From Bilabrum cf. latius (taxonomy: Eukaryota), in assembly GCA_965178125.1 (NCBI GenBank), contig OZ237744.1:1240001-1304000 (forward strand): DNA of 64,000 bases, given 5' to 3'. The notes under the pieces were generated by a model. That model made no database searches, was not told the DNA's origin, and saw only the letters and a list, made by a program, of their open reading frames with translations. Made by a program: the position numbers and the translations under genes. Below, in pieces: positions 60,586 through 64,000 of this stretch. Numbering within the stretch: position 1 is the stretch's first letter; each line of letters begins with the position of its first letter.

Positions 60586-61842
60586 TCACGTCTCTTTGGA
60601 TTCTTCAAGGGATCTGCGATCTGCTGATTCGGTCCCCGCTGCGGATGAACCCACCCCTTTGCCTCCGGCTGCCGCGGGTATCGCACCAGCCCCCCCGGAA
60701 GCACCGCTCGCCGCCAGCATCCCGGCCCTCCGGATCGCCCGCCAGTCCAGCTCCTCCCCAGCCCGGGCCCGCGTGATGGGGCCCACCACATAGGACGCAG
60801 CCAAGGTCCTTGCATGCTCCTAGCTAGAGCCCACCGCAGCCCCCTCCTTGCCACTTGCCGCAGGCCCCACCCCCGCCTTCCTGGGCGCGAATCGGATGTC
60901 GAGCGTCCGCTGGTGCGTGTACAGCCCGGCATCCTGCATGGGCAGCACCCACGCATCCTCCTCCGTCTCGTTTACGTGAGAGTGCCACCACCCCGGTGGG
61001 GTCAGGAAGGCCGCCCCCGGGACCCACTCGGCCCTGATGGGATCCACCATGCGGCCCTCCGCGTCCAGCTCGGGCGACATGAGCGTGTACACCCCCCCGG
61101 ATGCGGGGGCAGCGACCGCGAGGTCTAGGGCGACACTGTTGTGTCGGTGCGGAGGCTGAGCGTCGCCTGCCGGCAGGACGTTGAGCAGCGCCCACAGTGT
61201 GTGGGAAAGTGTCTTGGTCTCGCCCGCCCTCGCGTTGGCTAGCAAGATGCCCATCCTGTTGCGGTGCTCGCTGCCTTCCTCGTGGCGAACCCTCTCCACC
61301 TCCTTCAGAAGGCGGTCTCGGTGGAATATGGCCGGATCAATGCGAGCCACAGACGGTGTCACGCCAAGGTAGCTGAGCAACGGCGCATCTGATACCCAGT
61401 ACAGGATCGCATGGCTATCAGCTGCCTCGGAGCACGAGTGATCGACAGAGCCAGCCAAAGCAGGGAGTACGAAGAGATCCCCCTGTTTCCAACTAATTGA
61501 TAACTTCTGACTATCTTCTCCAATCTTGGGTGATAATGCTGTTGCCTTGCTGGAGCCGGACCCTTTCACGACGTAGAACGCCTAGCTAGCAGCGCTCACC
61601 TCGGTGGAATGTGTCTCACCGCCTTCAATCCGAACGAAACCAGCAAGCAAGTTTGGCGATGTAGCAGGGTACGCTGTGCACAACGCCGACTTGGAGTTGT
61701 CCCATAGAAAGGTGCAAGATCCGCTCTATTCATACACTTCTGGTGGGAGAACCACAACTGGAAGCGGCTTCATGAACGTACTTGGGTCAGCTGCGGATGT
61801 ATATTCATGAATGTGCGCTTTTTCACCTGTAACTTGAGCCAT
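60586..61842 (-). CDS. Bicupin, bacterial-like (gentisate 1,2-dioxygenase-like fold)
   Basis: EYTSAADP, ATSPNLLAGFVRI, AS*AFYVVKGSG, WKQGDLFVLP, PPHRHNSVALD, FLTPPGWWHSHVN. TAGs 61726, 61582, 60820; TGA 60586. Confidence 0.8.
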
Positions 61843-61994
61843 CTTGTGCTGTTCTGACCTAACGAAGGTTTCTTTCGATTGCACTCATCACCTGATTTAT
61901 AGCGTTATGTTTACATGAAAATCAGAAAGGGGAACATCCTGGAGCGTTCGGTTGTCAATCTCACGTACATTTCGCGTTACCTAGTACTTTCAAC

Positions 61995-64000
61995 ATGCTC
62001 GGACGCGCGTTCACTCAAGCATCTCGCGTTTCGGCGCGCACCGCAGCTATGGTGAGTGTACGGACAGGTGTTTCGATGCGATATTCTGGTCTACGTGGCG
62101 ATCAACTGTACAGCTCATGCTTTGGAATCGTGCATACTGATCGCTATTTGGAAAGATATCGTGAAACAATGTAATTGTGCCGATGTATCGAGTTATCCCG
62201 ATTGTTGCCGTGAAAACATACGTCTGAATTGTTGATTGAGATGGCCACGCATCTGCCGACTGGACGTGGCGCGAGCACTGATGGCGAACTGGAACGGAAC
62301 TGTCGCTCCATTATATTGGAAACTATGGCCAGAATACATCATTTTGATTTACACTGCCTGTCCTTGATCTGACTTTCGCAGCGCGGTGGGTTCATGCGCC
62401 GCTGGCAGTCGAACGTGGCTGTAGGCGAGGATATCATTGGAATTGATCTGGGCACAACTAACAGCTGTGTGGCGACTATGGAGGGCACTACTGCTCGTGT
62501 TATTGAGAACAGTGAAGGTGCCCGAACAACCCCGTCTATCGTTGCCTTCGCCAAGGATGGCGAGAGGCTGGTGGGCAAGCCCGCCCAGCGCCAGGCCACC
62601 ACGAACCCCAAGAACACCGTGTTCGCCGCCAAGCGCCTCATTGGGCGAGCTTTTGACGACGCTGAGGTGCAGAAGGCCCAGAAGCTGGTACCCTACGAGA
62701 TTGTGAAGTCTTCTAGCGGGGACGCGTGGATCCAGACGACTGGCGGGGAGCAGTACTCGCCCTCGCAGATCGGCAGCTTTGTGCTGACCAAGATGAAGGA
62801 GACCGCGGAGAGCTTCCTCGGGAGGCCCGTGAAGAAGGCCGTGGTGACCGTGCCCGCCTACTTCAACGACTCCCAGCGCCAGGCCACCAAGGACGCCGGC
62901 AAGATCGCCGGGCTCGACGTGCAGCGCATCATCAACGAGCCCACGGCCGCCGCTCTTGCGTACGGCCTCGACAAGGCGGACGGTAAGGTGATCGCGGTGT
63001 ACGACCTGGGCGGGGGCACCTTCGATGTGTCCATCTTGGAGATCAGCGCGGGCGTGTTCGAGGTGAAGGCCACGAACGGCGACACCATGCTGGGCGGGGA
63101 GGACTTCGACGACACGCTGGTGCAGTGGACCGTTGCCGAGTTCAAGAAGGAGTCGGGCATCGACCTGGGCTCGGATGCCATGGCCATGCAGCGCGTGCGC
63201 GAGGCAGCCGAGAAGGCCAAGCGCGAGCTGGACGGCGTCAAGCAGACTGACATTAACCTGCCTTTCATCACCTCGGATGCGTCTGGCCCCAAGCACTTGA
63301 ACCTGTCACTGAGCAGGGCAGCCTTCGAGAGCATGGTACAGCCCCTGTTGGACCGGTCCGTGGAGCCGTGCAACAAGTGCATCAGCGATGCCGGGCTTAG
63401 CGTGAGTGAGGTGAACGAGGTGCTGCTGGTGGGCGGCATGACGCGCATGCCCAAGGTAGCCGAGGTGGTGGAGAAGACCTTCAGCAAGAAGCCCTCCAAG
63501 GGCGTGAACCCCGACGAGGTTGTGGCCATGGGCGCGGCCATCCAGGGCGGCGTGCTCAAGGGAGACATCAAGGACATGATCCTGCTGGACGTGACCCCCT
63601 TGTCCCTGGGAATCGAGACGCTGGGCGGCGTCATGACCAAGCTCATCCCCAGGAACACGACCATCCCCGCCAAGAAGGGCCAGACCTTCAGCACGGCCGC
63701 GGACAACCAGACTCAGGTAGGCATCAAGGTCTTCCAGGGCGAGCGAGAGATGGCCTCGGACAACAAGCTGCTGGGGCAGTTCGACCTCGTCGGCATCCCC
63801 CCCGCGCCCCGCGGCGTGCCCCAGATTGAGGTTACCTTTGACATCGACGCGAACGGCATGGTGAACGTGGCGGCCAAGGACAAGGCCACCGGCAAGGAAC
63901 AGAGCATCGTGATCCAGAGCAGCGGCGGGCTGAGCGAGGCCGAGATCGAGAACATGGTCAACCAGGCCGAGCAGTACGCCGAGGCTGATAAGCAGCGCAA
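61995..64000 (+). CDS. HSPA9: Mitochondrial HSP70 (DnaK-type), 3' end outside window
   Basis: Presequence exon 61995-62051, intron to 62381. [74 protein letters not shown]. No in-frame TAG. Confidence 0.95.

Larger units (their letters stand above)
1..64000. other. Variant nuclear genetic code throughout the window: TAG = Gln; TGA (and apparently TAA) = stop
   Basis: About 65 in-frame TAGs join consecutive same-frame ORFs into full-length conserved proteins. TAG sits at invariant Gln positions (17338, 40063, 41950, 26599, 61582, 52374). TAG 53506 aligns with CAG 54880-54882 in the paralog. Genes end at TGA, two at TAA. Confidence 0.95.

Noticed and set aside
1-64000. Mass pseudogenisation or sequencing error as the cause of broken ORFs
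   Set aside because: Interruptions are exclusively TAG, with no frameshifts or internal TAA/TGA. They affect housekeeping genes with intact catalytic motifs and fall on Gln positions.
1-64000. TAG as pyrrolysine, as Trp via A-to-I editing, or as Leu/Tyr/Glu
   Set aside because: Diagnostic positions (Q-motif, LQL, QY, paralog CAG) indicate Gln, and no pyl genes are seen. U-to-C editing cannot be excluded from DNA alone but is unlikely at this scale in nuclear mRNA.
1-64000. Bacterial or phage origin (table-15 phages also read TAG as Gln)
   Set aside because: Spliceosomal GT-AG introns and eukaryote-specific genes (cyclins, MCM8, CCDC22, EMC4) are present.
1-64000. Suppressor tRNA-Gln(CUA), eRF1, rRNA, CRISPR array or transposase in this window
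   Set aside because: None recognised by eye; tRNAscan-SE/Infernal would be needed to exclude small RNAs.

Overview
Gene-dense, GC-rich nuclear DNA of an aerobic unicellular eukaryote. It has short GT-AG introns clustered at gene 5' ends and several mitochondrial presequences. The gene content and style suggest a stramenopile-like protist, but that placement is inference only. About 24 protein-coding genes are present: PP4R4-like HEAT protein, LRR-ankyrin protein, subtilase, CCDC22, DDX10/DBP4, EMC4, OsmC-pirin fusion, GH27 alpha-galactosidase, MCAT, ATP-citrate lyase, mitochondrial MutS, two cyclins, RidA-family protein, FN3/PH protein, MCM8, an inverted pair of pectate-lyase-3-like genes, enoyl-CoA hydratase, CIPK, cupin, mtHSP70 and two hypotheticals. 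The main discovery is a non-standard nuclear genetic code. By hand count about 65 in-frame TAG codons interrupt about 21 otherwise intact genes, and I found no in-frame TAA or TGA inside exons. Where homology is informative, TAG repeatedly falls on conserved glutamines (DEAD-box Q-motif, MutS QY, cyclin-box LQL, GH27 QADP), and one TAG aligns with CAG in a paralog within this window. UAG therefore appears to encode Gln while UGA, and probably UAA, remain stops. The supplied ORF track fragments most genes for this reason. All coordinates and counts are from manual reading.
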